Shown piece by piece: positions 18,917-28,243 of a stretch of DNA of 32,000 bases (the first letter of the stretch is position 1; every line of letters starts with the position of its first letter). The DNA is from Candidatus Heimdallarchaeota archaeon (GTDB taxonomy: Archaea > Asgardarchaeota > Heimdallarchaeia > JABLTI01). A program made the position numbers and the translations under genes. The stretch spans positions 60,001-92,000 of the forward strand of contig JAUWKS010000001.1 in the NCBI GenBank assembly GCA_030614005.1, read 5' to 3'. The notes under the pieces are model-generated. The model made no database searches. It was not told where the DNA came from and saw nothing but the letters and a program-made list of their open reading frames with translations.

Positions 18917-18967
18917 AGAGTAAGAAATCTGTACTATTAATAACAACAAATAAGGGAAGTAATTGAT

Positions 18968-19615
18968 ATGCCAGTTATGTTAGATGAAAGTGTAAAACAA
19001 CAAGTAAGCCAACGATTTACAGATATGAAAGAGTCTGTAACAATCAGAGTCTTCTCAACGAAAGATCATTGTTTATTATGCAATGAAATGCTTGATTTAG
19101 TTGAGCAAGTAGGAAAACTCTCTGATAAAATTACAATCAAACATTGCGATTGTAATGAAAATGATCCAGAAATGAAAAAGTACGGGATTACAGATCATCC
19201 AGCTTTAGCTATCGAAGGTGACGAAGATTATGGAATAAGATTCTATGGTGTACCTGCTGGAAAAGAATTCACAACACTAATAGAATCAATTATGTTAGTT
19301 TCATCAAAAGATCCAATACTAGCACCTGAAATCAAAGAGATGCTTAAGAAATTGCAAAAAGATGTTAATCTAAAAGTGTTTGTAACCTTACAATGTCCCT
19401 ACTGCCCAGCAATGGTTTTGAGGGCACACAAATTAGCACTAGCTAGCGATAAAGTTTCTGCTGAAATGATTGAAGCTTCACAATTTGCTGAGCTAGCATC
19501 AAAATTCGATATCTTTGGCGTGCCAAATACCATAATCAATAATGGAAAAGGCTCTGTTGAAGGATTAGTAACTGAAGATGTTTTAGTAAAAGCAATCTTT
19601 CAAGCATTAGAATAA
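18968..19615 (+). CDS. Protein disulfide oxidoreductase (two thioredoxin folds, archaeal glutaredoxin-like)
   Basis: N-terminal CLLC and C-terminal CPYC, plus IRFYGVPAGKEF and GVPNTIIN, typical of the two-domain PDO family. Confidence 0.9.
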   Translation: MPVMLDESVKQQVSQRFTDMKESVTIRVFSTKDHCLLCNEMLDLVEQVGKLSDKITIKHCDCNENDPEMKKYGITDHPALAIEGDEDYGIRFYGVPAGKEFTTLIESIMLVSSKDPILAPEIKEMLKKLQKDVNLKVFVTLQCPYCPAMVLRAHKLALASDKVSAEMIEASQFAELASKFDIFGVPNTIINNGKGSVEGLVTEDVLVKAIFQALE

Positions 19616-19616
19616 G

Positions 19617-20813
19617 ATGGTGAAAACAATGACAATGCCAAAAATAAAACCAAATATCTACTACGTAGGTGTAAAGCATTATGATAGACGTATGTTTGAT
19701 GATTTAATCCCCTTACCGGATGGAACAACTTACAATGCCTATCTAGTTGTTGGGAGCGAAAAAACAGCATTAATTGATGCTGTCGATGGAGCTAAGTTAT
19801 ATGCTTTGATAGAAAACCTTGCGAAAGCAAAAGTCAAAACTATCGACTACTTGGTCTCAAATCATACAGAACAAGACCATTCAGAAGCTCTAGTACAATT
19901 GATTGATATCTATCCAAAAGCAATGATAGTAACCAATGCAAAAGGAAAAGAGAACTTAATGGTTCATTTACATCTTCCTGAAGATAGATTCATTGTAAAG
20001 GATGATGGTGAAACACTTTCCCTGGGAGACAAAACATTACAATTTTTCAATATTCCTTGGGTTCATTGGCCTGAAACAATGATGACCCTAGCTCAAGAAG
20101 ATAAAATTATCTTTACTTGTGATTTATTTGGCACACATCTAGCACAAAGCGAAACTTTTGTCGTTGATGAGGCAAAGACATTTTCTTCCGCTAAAAGATA
20201 CTATGCAGAAATAATGATGCCTTTCCGAAAGCTCATTGTAAAACATATCAAAAAGATAGAAGAAATCGATTTCGATATGATTGCTCCAAGTCATGGCCCA
20301 GTACATCAAAACCCTGATTTCATCATCAACGCATACAAAGATTGGATTTCAGACGATGTTAAAAATGAGGTTGTAATTCCTTACGTTTCAATGCATCATT
20401 CCGTTAAAGAAATGGTTGAGTATTTAACAGAAGCATTAATTGAAAGAGGTATCGTCGTCAAACCATTCAATTTAACTGTTACGGATATTGGAGAATTAGC
20501 AATGGCTTTAGTTGATACTGCAACAATAATTATTGGTACTCCAGCTGTTCTAACAGCCGCACATCCCTCAGCTGTTTATGCAACTTATTTAGCAAACGCT
20601 CTTCGACCAAAAGCTAAATTTGCAACGGTTATTGGTTCTTTTGGTTGGAAATCCCAAATGGTAGAACAAATAGTAGGTATGCTAACTAGAATAAAACCTG
20701 AAGTGCTGGAACCTGTAGTAGTTAAAGGGAAAATGAGAGATGAAGGCAGAAAGGCATTAGATAAGCTTGCTGATACTATTTTAGCTAAGCATAGAGAATT
20801 AAAATTACTATAA
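19617..20813 (+). CDS. fprA: Flavodiiron protein (class A; metallo-beta-lactamase + flavodoxin)
   Basis: Diiron ligands HTEQDH, HWPET, CDLFG and PSHGP; GTTYNAYL; C-terminal flavodoxin with GSFGW. One nt after the PDO stop codon. Confidence 0.93.
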   Translation: MVKTMTMPKIKPNIYYVGVKHYDRRMFDDLIPLPDGTTYNAYLVVGSEKTALIDAVDGAKLYALIENLAKAKVKTIDYLVSNHTEQDHSEALVQLIDIYPKAMIVTNAKGKENLMVHLHLPEDRFIVKDDGETLSLGDKTLQFFNIPWVHWPETMMTLAQEDKIIFTCDLFGTHLAQSETFVVDEAKTFSSAKRYYAEIMMPFRKLIVKHIKKIEEIDFDMIAPSHGPVHQNPDFIINAYKDWISDDVKNEVVIPYVSMHHSVKEMVEYLTEALIERGIVVKPFNLTVTDIGELAMALVDTATIIIGTPAVLTAAHPSAVYATYLANALRPKAKFATVIGSFGWKSQMVEQIVGMLTRIKPEVLEPVVVKGKMRDEGRKALDKLADTILAKHRELKLL

Positions 20814-20821
20814 TTTGATTA

Positions 20822-20850
20822 ATTGGGATTTTTTTCCCAATAATTTTTTT
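20822..20850 (+). terminator. Hairpin plus T-tract after fprA
   Basis: Stem ATTGGGA (20822-20828) / TCCCAAT (20835-20841), followed by a run of T. Confidence 0.5.
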
Positions 20851-20883
20851 TATATTTAAAGTTGCCACTTTATTTTTTTAAGG

Positions 20884-20895
20884 GAAAATTATTAA
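20884..20895 (+). promoter_or_regulatory. Putative BRE/TATA for dfx-rbr
   Basis: GAAAA followed by TTATTAA, about 40 nt before ATG 20936. Confidence 0.35.
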
Positions 20896-20935
20896 GAGCA
20901 AGCAAATGGTACTAGTATTAATCGGTGATCTCGTT

Positions 20936-21316
20936 ATGGTTGAAAATTTACAAATTTACAAATGCGAGAAATGCGGTAATATTGTTGAAGTAGTTCATGG
21001 TGGACCCGGAGCATTAGTTTGCTGTGGAGAACCTATGAAACATATGGAAGAACAAACCGCAGACTGGAAAAATGAAAAACACGTTCCAGTTATTAAAGAG
21101 AAGGAAGATGGTTTCATAAAAGTCGTTGTTGGAAGCACTCTTCACCCAATGGAAGAAGATCACTACATTGAGTGGATAGAGGTTATCAAAGATGGCAAAG
21201 CTTATAGAAAATTCTTGAAACCAGGTGATGACCCAAAAGCCAAATTCAAAATTAAAGCTGAAGGCGTCATAGCTCGAGAATACTGCAATAAACACGGTCT
21301 TTGGACTACAAAATGA
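20936..21316 (+). CDS. dfx: Desulfoferrodoxin (2Fe superoxide reductase)
   Basis: Desulforedoxin site CEKC..CC, then EKHVP, HPM..HYIEW and CNKHGLW. ATG 20936 follows GGTGAT (SD); the track start at 20906 is less likely. Confidence 0.95.
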   Translation: MVENLQIYKCEKCGNIVEVVHGGPGALVCCGEPMKHMEEQTADWKNEKHVPVIKEKEDGFIKVVVGSTLHPMEEDHYIEWIEVIKDGKAYRKFLKPGDDPKAKFKIKAEGVIAREYCNKHGLWTTK

Positions 21317-21327
21317 GTTGAAAAAAA

Positions 21328-21903
21328 ATGGGAAAATCAATCAAAGGAACTGAAACTGAGAAAAACCTCCTCAAATCTTTTGCAGGAGAATCTCAAGCAC
21401 GAAACAGATATACTATGTATGCAAAAGTAGCTAAAAAAGAAGGATTTGTTCAAATATCAAATCTCTTTTTAGAAACAGCAGACAATGAATACCGACATGC
21501 AAAGGAATTCTTTAAATTCCTTGAAGGAGGGATGGTTGAATTTACAGCTGATTATCCAACTGATATTGGCACAACCAAAGAGAACCTTAAATTTGCTGCA
21601 ATGGGCGAACACGAAGAACACACTGTTATATATCCAGGATTTGCTAAGGTTGCAGAGGAAGAAGGATTTCCAGAAGTTGCGTTAAAATTCAAAAATATTG
21701 CTAAAGTAGAAGTTGAACATGAAAAGCGATACCTTGCAATATTGAAAGTAATGGAAGAAGGAAAAACCTTCAAGAAAGATAAAAAGATTCGCTGGAAATG
21801 CACAGTTTGTGGATTCGTACATGAGGGAGAAGAACCTCCTAAAATATGCCCCGCGTGTGGTCATTCCCACGAATACTACGAACCTCATTGTGAAAAATAC
21901 TAA
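21328..21903 (+). CDS. rbr: Rubrerythrin
   Basis: [12 protein letters not shown] pairs (NEYRH, EVEHEKR) and a C-terminal rubredoxin-like CTVC..CPAC. Confidence 0.95.
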   Translation: MGKSIKGTETEKNLLKSFAGESQARNRYTMYAKVAKKEGFVQISNLFLETADNEYRHAKEFFKFLEGGMVEFTADYPTDIGTTKENLKFAAMGEHEEHTVIYPGFAKVAEEEGFPEVALKFKNIAKVEVEHEKRYLAILKVMEEGKTFKKDKKIRWKCTVCGFVHEGEEPPKICPACGHSHEYYEPHCEKY

Positions 21904-21968
21904 AAGACAAATATTGGTATTGCAGCTCATCAGCTACAACATCACGTCTTCTTTTTTTAAATACTGAG

Positions 21969-21982
21969 CGAATAATTATATA
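21969..21982 (+). promoter_or_regulatory. Putative BRE/TATA for the Zn-ribbon gene
   Basis: CGAATAA followed by TTATATA, about 52 nt before ATG 22035. Confidence 0.4.
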
Positions 21983-22034
21983 TCGCAACAGCTGTATACA
22001 ACTTGTTATTGACTGATGAAAGCTTGGGAGAACA

Positions 22035-22457
22035 ATGGCAAAGAAAATTAAATGTTCTATTTGTGGTAAACTTGCAGAAGAATTAGACCTCTTTTGTGGA
22101 AAGTGTGGAAGTGATTTACCTAAAGATAATTGGGATCGTAGAGAACAAATTGAGTCAAAACCAACTTATCCAACGGTTTCAACTGAAACAACAAATGATC
22201 AGTCCTCACCTACTAAACCATCAATAACCGTTATGGTTCGAAAAACAGATGAAAAACATAGGAAGAAATGGTATAGTCCACCTGAAAGATCTCGACCCGC
22301 CTACCACCCGCTTGAATGGTTTTTTTGGATAGGATGGGGATTATATGTTATTCTGAGATTTATCGGTACAGAAACATTCTACTTTTTTACCTGGATGTGT
22401 TGTTGGACCGCACCAAGAGAACTAAAAGAGAGAAGAAGAAAAAGAGGATTGGATTAA
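22035..22457 (+). CDS. Zn-ribbon protein with C-terminal hydrophobic segment
   Basis: CSIC..CGKC at the N-terminus, a Pro/Thr/Ser linker, a Trp/Phe-rich hydrophobic stretch and a basic tail. GGGAG precedes the ATG. Confidence 0.78.
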   Translation: MAKKIKCSICGKLAEELDLFCGKCGSDLPKDNWDRREQIESKPTYPTVSTETTNDQSSPTKPSITVMVRKTDEKHRKKWYSPPERSRPAYHPLEWFFWIGWGLYVILRFIGTETFYFFTWMCCWTAPRELKERRRKRGLD

Positions 22458-22478
22458 AGAACTCCTTAACCCAGTTTT

Positions 22479-23723
22479 TCAAGTAAATAACACTTTTTCT
22501 CGTTCAATTGCTCTTCTTGCTAAAAATAGCATTAGTACTAATAAACCTACAAAGAGAACGAGATACATCGCATCAAGCCATCCGAAAGAAAGATCAATCA
22601 TTGAAAGAAATGAATGATATACCCAATAGAATGGATTAATTCGTGCATAGATTGCTGTTGTTCCCGGGTCAAATGCAACTGTGAAGTAAAAGAGCATTCC
22701 AAGACCCATAACAACGGAAGTTCCAATTCTTTCTGAAACCGTCTTAGAGAACATTGTATCAAAAGTCATTAGAGCAAGCATTGCTAGTACTAACGATGAA
22801 CCAAGCCCAATTAATAAAAGAACTCCTTTATACGAAAGCAAATCACTCATTGGAAAGGCTAGTATCCCTTCTAAACCCGCAGAAACATCACTGCCACCTG
22901 AAATTGATTGTGCCATGAATCCTGCAAGAGCAGATCCTACAAAGTAAGCGAGAATGCTTAGACTAGAAGCAATAACTCCAACTAGTAACTTGGAGAGAAC
23001 AAGCAATGATCTATCCTTAGTAATGGTTAGCATTGTTTCAAAAGTGCCATCTTCTTTCTCTCTGGAGAAGCCAATAGTTCGACCCATATTGCCAATTAAA
23101 GCTACCATTATAAAGAGAGCATAAGCAAAGGGACTTGCTAAAAGAAGAGTTGATTGAGACCAACCACCTGTAGGTTCTCCAACAGGAGGAAAATAAGCAA
23201 CTTCATTGTAATCAGGGAACTCAACATCTAAATTCAACGTTAAAAACCAACCTAAAACTAATTCTTGAATTCTTAGTTTCACTTCATTGAAATAAACACC
23301 TTGAAATGAGTTTGGACCTGCAGTGCTATGATACTCAATAGCTGTAGAACCATCAAAAACTTCGCTGGTATAATTTGCTGGAATGTAAATACCATCGGAT
23401 GCGTTTAAAGCATCTAAGCGAGTGTCAACAATTTCGATGTCTAAATTTGAAACGTTATTTGCATATAGTTGAATATAGGCAATTGCCTCGTTGCCTAAAT
23501 TTAGTGAAAAAGTAATGTTATCATAATTTGTAACATCTGCACCAAGATCATCAGAGCAAATGTAAACTGTGGTATTCGCAGTTCCGATAAATAACATCGG
23601 TACCCCAATAATTAGAAACATCATTATAAATGGAATAAAAACAATTACCATCAAAGTTTTCCAATTAAAAACTAACTTGAGATCTTTTTTAAAGATGGGG
23701 ATAAATTGTTCGCCTTTTTTCAT
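22479..23723 (-). CDS. ABC-2 type permease with extracytoplasmic loop (NatB/YhgE-like)
   Basis: One N-terminal TM, a soluble loop, then about five TMs with the REKEDGTFETML motif. Abuts the ATPase stop (TAG ATG). Confidence 0.87.
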   Translation of the reverse strand: MKKGEQFIPIFKKDLKLVFNWKTLMVIVFIPFIMMFLIIGVPMLFIGTANTTVYICSDDLGADVTNYDNITFSLNLGNEAIAYIQLYANNVSNLDIEIVDTRLDALNASDGIYIPANYTSEVFDGSTAIEYHSTAGPNSFQGVYFNEVKLRIQELVLGWFLTLNLDVEFPDYNEVAYFPPVGEPTGGWSQSTLLLASPFAYALFIMVALIGNMGRTIGFSREKEDGTFETMLTITKDRSLLVLSKLLVGVIASSLSILAYFVGSALAGFMAQSISGGSDVSAGLEGILAFPMSDLLSYKGVLLLIGLGSSLVLAMLALMTFDTMFSKTVSERIGTSVVMGLGMLFYFTVAFDPGTTAIYARINPFYWVYHSFLSMIDLSFGWLDAMYLVLFVGLLVLMLFLARRAIEREKVLFT

Positions 23724-24518
23724 CTAAGCGCCCTCCAAATTTTCTAATGGTTTTGTTAATCTGTTTTCACCTAACGTTCCATTTTCAAATGCATTAATAA
23801 TCGCTTCTTCAAAATCATTATTTGGTGAATACTTAACAATGATTTCATCTTTAGTTCCCTCAAATACCAGCTCACCATCTTTGAGAATGCCAGTATGTGT
23901 AGCTAAAGCTTCCAAATCAGAAGTTATGTGAGATGACATTAAAACAGTCTTTCCTTCATTTTTAACCAATTCAAAAATGATATCGCGTACTTTTTTTGCT
24001 CGAGCAATATCTAATCCTGTTGTTGGCTCATCTAGAATGATTAATTTCTTGCTGGAAATAATAGTTCGAACAAGACTAATTACTCTCTTTTCACCACCAG
24101 ACAGTTTACCAAATTTTAAATCCAGTTTATCTAACATATCTAGTTTAGTTAACATATCAGTCATTTTTTCAATTGCTTCCTCTTCTGGAACACCTACAAT
24201 GGAAGTAAATAGTAAGATATTGTCTCTTGTTTTGAAATCTTTATAACCAGCACTTAATTGGGAAAGAATACCCACTTCTGCTCTTATTTTTTCAGGTTCA
24301 TTTACAACATCAATTCCTTGAACGAAAACTTCACCGGAAGTTGGTTTAAGTATGCCAGTTAACATTCTAATCGTAGTTGTCTTTCCTGCACCATTTGGAC
24401 CCAGTAAGGCGTAGATACTACCATGTGGAACATGTAATGAAACTCCTTTAACTATAGATATTTCACCAAATTTTTTCCATATATCCTTCGTTTCTATTAT
24501 ATATTTATCATCCTTCAT
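23724..24518 (-). CDS. ABC transporter ATP-binding protein
   Basis: GPNGAGKT, LSGGEKR, IILDEPT and SSH. Start is ATG 24518 or GTG 24530. Confidence 0.93.
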   Translation of the reverse strand: MKDDKYIIETKDIWKKFGEISIVKGVSLHVPHGSIYALLGPNGAGKTTTIRMLTGILKPTSGEVFVQGIDVVNEPEKIRAEVGILSQLSAGYKDFKTRDNILLFTSIVGVPEEEAIEKMTDMLTKLDMLDKLDLKFGKLSGGEKRVISLVRTIISSKKLIILDEPTTGLDIARAKKVRDIIFELVKNEGKTVLMSSHITSDLEALATHTGILKDGELVFEGTKDEIIVKYSPNNDFEEAIINAFENGTLGENRLTKPLENLEGA

Positions 24519-24770
24519 TTTTTTTACCACTTATTTAAAGAATTAGTTGTATGAGATTCAATCTATTAATCCCAAATCTGTTTCTGCACTATTCAAGAAG
24601 AATTTAGCTGAACGCCTATAAAAACAATTCAAAGACTTCTAAATTAGATTAGAAAGATTTGGCTTTTGATATCTGGGCTTTCAAAAAGGAAAGTAAATTT
24701 TCCATTTGGTGTTGTTTATTCTGAACATTTATTCATTTATTTGATAAAATAGACTAAATCATTTGTTGGA

Positions 24771-26587
24771 TCAATAAAACTCATGACAATTAATTTTCTT
24801 TCTTGTCTTCCTATTTGCTACAATACCATCGATGATATAAAAAAGATTTAACAAAATAATGACAACAAGTTGAATTAGTAAAATGTAGTATGGGTTTTGT
24901 TCGAAAGCTTTCTCAAAGAGAAAATGTACCGGAAAATTCCAAGGAAATTTGACATTCAGAAAAGCCAAATCTAAGAGAATTGGTAATAAAATACCCCAAA
25001 TTATCCAATTAATGACCAAACAAAAGATCATTCTTTTGGGTTCTGCATTCATCATTTTCTTTTTTGTAGAATAACTAGTAATGACCATGCATCTATTATA
25101 AAACCAAAAAATTGTTGTGAATATTGATAACAATAATATAGTTATTAATGAACCAATCAAAATAGCTTCGATAGAGTGTGGAATAAATGTACGAGTCAAT
25201 ATACCTCCACTGCCTAAGCTTATTTCCACATCATCCATTTTACGAGTAGTTCCAGTAAGGTACATTATCCCCAATACTAACAATGAAACCACAAACAAAA
25301 GAGATCCGTCTATTGCTAAATGCAAAAATTTTCCCTTTAGATTCTTATTTCGATTAGAGCGATCTTGCCAGTTTTCTGCTGTTTTACGATCAACCATTAA
25401 GAGATATATTGTGGACATTGAAAGACAATATAAAATGAGGTATTTTAGAAAGCTAATAATAAAGAAAAAGATGTTGAAAGAAACCATTATCATTGAAAAG
25501 ATAATAATAAATAATATATGTAATAGTAACAACATAAATCGATTATTAATAACTTGTAATTTCAGTTTTTCATCTGATCGTATAATTGTTCTTGTTTGTT
25601 TGTAAGAAGCAAGAATAAAATTATCCTTCTTCGTATCAATACTGTTATTTTTCATTTCTAACGAAAGCTCTTGAGGATTAATTTCTTGAGAAGTAAGTTC
25701 TTGAACAATAGGTTCTTGAGAGTCAATAACCCAAGCGACAGAGAAATTTGTTCTTCTTTTATTAGCAATAATTCCATCTGTTATGTAAAAAGCATTTAGA
25801 ATCAACAAGATTGCTAATTGTATCAGTAGAATAAAATAATCTTTTCCGACAAAAATCCCCTTTAGTGAAAGATATCTTGTTGAAAAGTCAGGATATTTAA
25901 CATCAAGAAATATACCATCCAAGAAAATGAATGAAATCCAAATTAGAATATTGCCAAACCAACTTAAAAGAAATCTATTAGTTTCTGGTTTCATTATCTT
26001 TTTTTCAGGAAGATATCCTGTAATAACAATTCCTCTCGAGTAAAACCAATAAATCGATGTAAATATGGATATCAGCGAGAGTAAAATGATCAAGGCAAAT
26101 AGAATAGCTCTATTGTGGATGGAATATAACTAAAAGGATAAGCAATTCCAACGTTTTCTTCTAAATATGATTGTTCCATTTTTTGAGGAAAACCTGTAAG
26201 AAGTACAATTACAAAAACTATAAATGAAATCACTAATAGAATTACTCCATCTTTTATTGATAGTAAAATTTTACCTACTATGTTTTCATTTCTTGTGGAA
26301 CGGTCATGCCAATTTTCTGCTGTTTCACGATTAGCAGTTAGAAAATAAATTGCTGAGAAGATAAGAGAATAGATGATAGTGATTTTTATCGCACTCAAAG
26401 TAAAGAAAAAAATATTAAAAACGCCTGAGATTCCTAATACCATAATCACTGCAATCATAAAAGGAATGAATAAAACATGCCCTTTCAAAAATCGAGCTTT
26501 TAGACTTTCGTTTGATCTAATAAGCTCTTTTGTTTTTCTATAAGAAAATATAGCCAAATCTAGCCTTTTCATTCCCAAATCATCCAT
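24771..26587 (-). pseudogene. Internally duplicated polytopic membrane protein gene (605 aa if repaired), split by a 1-bp deletion at 26108/26109
   Basis: The track ORFs 26090-26587 and 24771-26093 join into two homologous halves (TAENWHDRSTRN / TAENWQDRSNRN). Copy 2 reads ATC GAA GCT ATT; copy 1 reads ATA GA- GCT ATT. Could be a real lesion or a sequence error. Confidence 0.75.
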
Positions 26588-26646
26588 TTCTTTTCCAATT
26601 TATTCTTTAATTTCTAATTAGTAAAAAGGTTTCGTAGAAATAAAAA

Positions 26647-27051
26647 CTATACTCGAGAGAAGTTATAGCGAGGAGTGCAAGGAAAACCTCCTTCCCAACG
26701 ATAATGAATCCTAATAATAATTTTCTTTTGTTCTTCGAGGTTCATTAAAGCCTGAAATAATACGGGAATAAATGTATATCCATCAATTGTTGAGAGTTGA
26801 TCAAAATCCTCTCTTGTCATACCTATTTTCTCTGTGTGGACCATTAAATACACAAGAGTTGCTGGGAGATTTTTATGGCCATTATCTATTGCTTATAAGG
26901 TAAGCTCTTCAAGTGCTTGAAAGTCAGGGTTGTAATTGGGTATCTCTCGAGAAGAAATTAATCGCTCAATTGAAACTTTATCTTTTGTTAAAGTAATAAG
27001 TGAGTTATTCAAAGATTGATTGTACTTGCAGCATTTATCGCTAAATGGCAC
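26647..27051 (-). pseudogene. Hypothetical gene interrupted by an in-frame TAA at 26893-26895
   Basis: The frame of the 68-aa track ORF continues upstream to 27093 with only this one stop. Sequence on both sides looks protein-like (DFQALEELTL*AIDNGHKNL..LFQALMNLEEQKKI). The GTG start at 27051 is tentative. Confidence 0.45.
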
Positions 27052-27076
27052 ATAGTTCTTATCTCCGACAACAAAT

Positions 27077-28063
27077 TTAGGCTTTTTTTTGTTTTAATTT
27101 TATCGGTATATTTTCCTTCTGTAGGAATTCTTCCAATTCGTTTCTAAATGGCAAGGAGGTCATTGCTCCCTTCTTCTGAACTACTAAAGCACCAATTGCA
27201 TTTCCAACAATACCCGCTTCTTCAATAGATAATTCATTTAATAAACCAAAAATGAATCCAACATTGAATCCATCTCCAGCTCCGGTTGTATCAACAATTT
27301 CAACTTCGAAAGAAGGAATAGTCAAAAAGTAGCCATTGCGTTCTTTAATGATGCAACCCTCTTTGCCTTTCTTTAAAATGATCATTTTTAGTGGAAATTT
27401 AGTGAAGAAGTAGTCTATCGCATCTTGCTCATCAAAATTCTTCTTATTGTAAAGAAATTGCAGTTCAGATAAGGAAGGCAAGAAAATATCCACTTTCTCT
27501 AAAGCTTGTTCTATAGCTGCTCTCAACATTTCATCGTTTTTCCATAGGTCAACTCTAATATTTGGGTCAAAACATATTTGTCCATTATTTTCTTTACAAA
27601 TATCAATCGCTCTGTATGTTGCGCTTTTAACTGGTTCTTCTGTTAAAGAAAGAGAACCAAAATGCAGATATTTTGTTTTTTGAAAAAGTTTTGAATCAAT
27701 TTCTTCTGCAGTCAAATTGACGTCAGCTGAATTGTTTCGGTAGAAAAAGAAATCACGATCCATATCATTATCATAATAGACGAATGCTAAAGTTGTTCTT
27801 TCTCCATTTGTCGCTTTAACAAGATTAGCAACATTCACACCTTCAGATTGAAGAACATCCCTAAGATAATCACCAAATGGGTCATCACCTACCTTTCCAA
27901 CAAAAGCAGTTTTAACACCTAGACGACTCATACCCACAATATAATTTGCAGGGGCACCACCTGGGCACTTTTGGAATGAGGTTAAACCCTTCAAATTAGC
28001 TATCTCATTTGGTATAAAATCAACAAGAACTTCGCCAATAGAAACTACCTCAGGAAAAACCAT
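27077..28063 (-). CDS. PfkB/ribokinase-family carbohydrate kinase (fructokinase-like)
   Basis: GEVLVDF, PGGAPAN, FDPNIR and the C-terminal signature DTTGAGDGF. Substrate not determinable. Confidence 0.93.
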   Translation of the reverse strand: MVFPEVVSIGEVLVDFIPNEIANLKGLTSFQKCPGGAPANYIVGMSRLGVKTAFVGKVGDDPFGDYLRDVLQSEGVNVANLVKATNGERTTLAFVYYDNDMDRDFFFYRNNSADVNLTAEEIDSKLFQKTKYLHFGSLSLTEEPVKSATYRAIDICKENNGQICFDPNIRVDLWKNDEMLRAAIEQALEKVDIFLPSLSELQFLYNKKNFDEQDAIDYFFTKFPLKMIILKKGKEGCIIKERNGYFLTIPSFEVEIVDTTGAGDGFNVGFIFGLLNELSIEEAGIVGNAIGALVVQKKGAMTSLPFRNELEEFLQKENIPIKLKQKKA

Positions 28064-28243
28064 TTTACATCATTAACAATAGAAATGATAATTATTTGAA
28101 AAAGATTGCCCTTGTTTTTTCTTTATTAGTAAAAATTACTAGTATCAGCATAAGCTAACCTTATTAAGCTAAATCTACTTTACTAAACTAAAAATAGTGA
28201 ACAGATAAAAACCTGTCAAATCCATCCGGAGAGAATAATAGCT

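Noticed and set aside
21904-22030. Imperfect hairpin after rbr with CTGATGA on both strands (21927-21933 minus, 22013-22019 plus), suggesting a hammerhead, C/D sRNA or SECIS
   Set aside because: No GAAA hammerhead partner or flanking stems, box spacing is too short for a C/D guide, and no in-frame TGA at a Cys position was seen in nearby genes. Most simply a terminator region.
24531-24770. Gene remnant in the intergenic gap (TTPNGKFTFLFESPDIKSQIFSNL on the minus strand)
   Set aside because: Under 30 codons, no start codon and no recognisable family.
26893-26895. Stop-codon reassignment or read-through of TAA
   Set aside because: TAA terminates many clearly intact genes in this window.
27077-28063. 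pfkB acting as an inositol-pathway kinase linked to ino1
   Set aside because: It lies 24 kb away, has only generic PfkB motifs, and no inositol catabolism genes are nearby.
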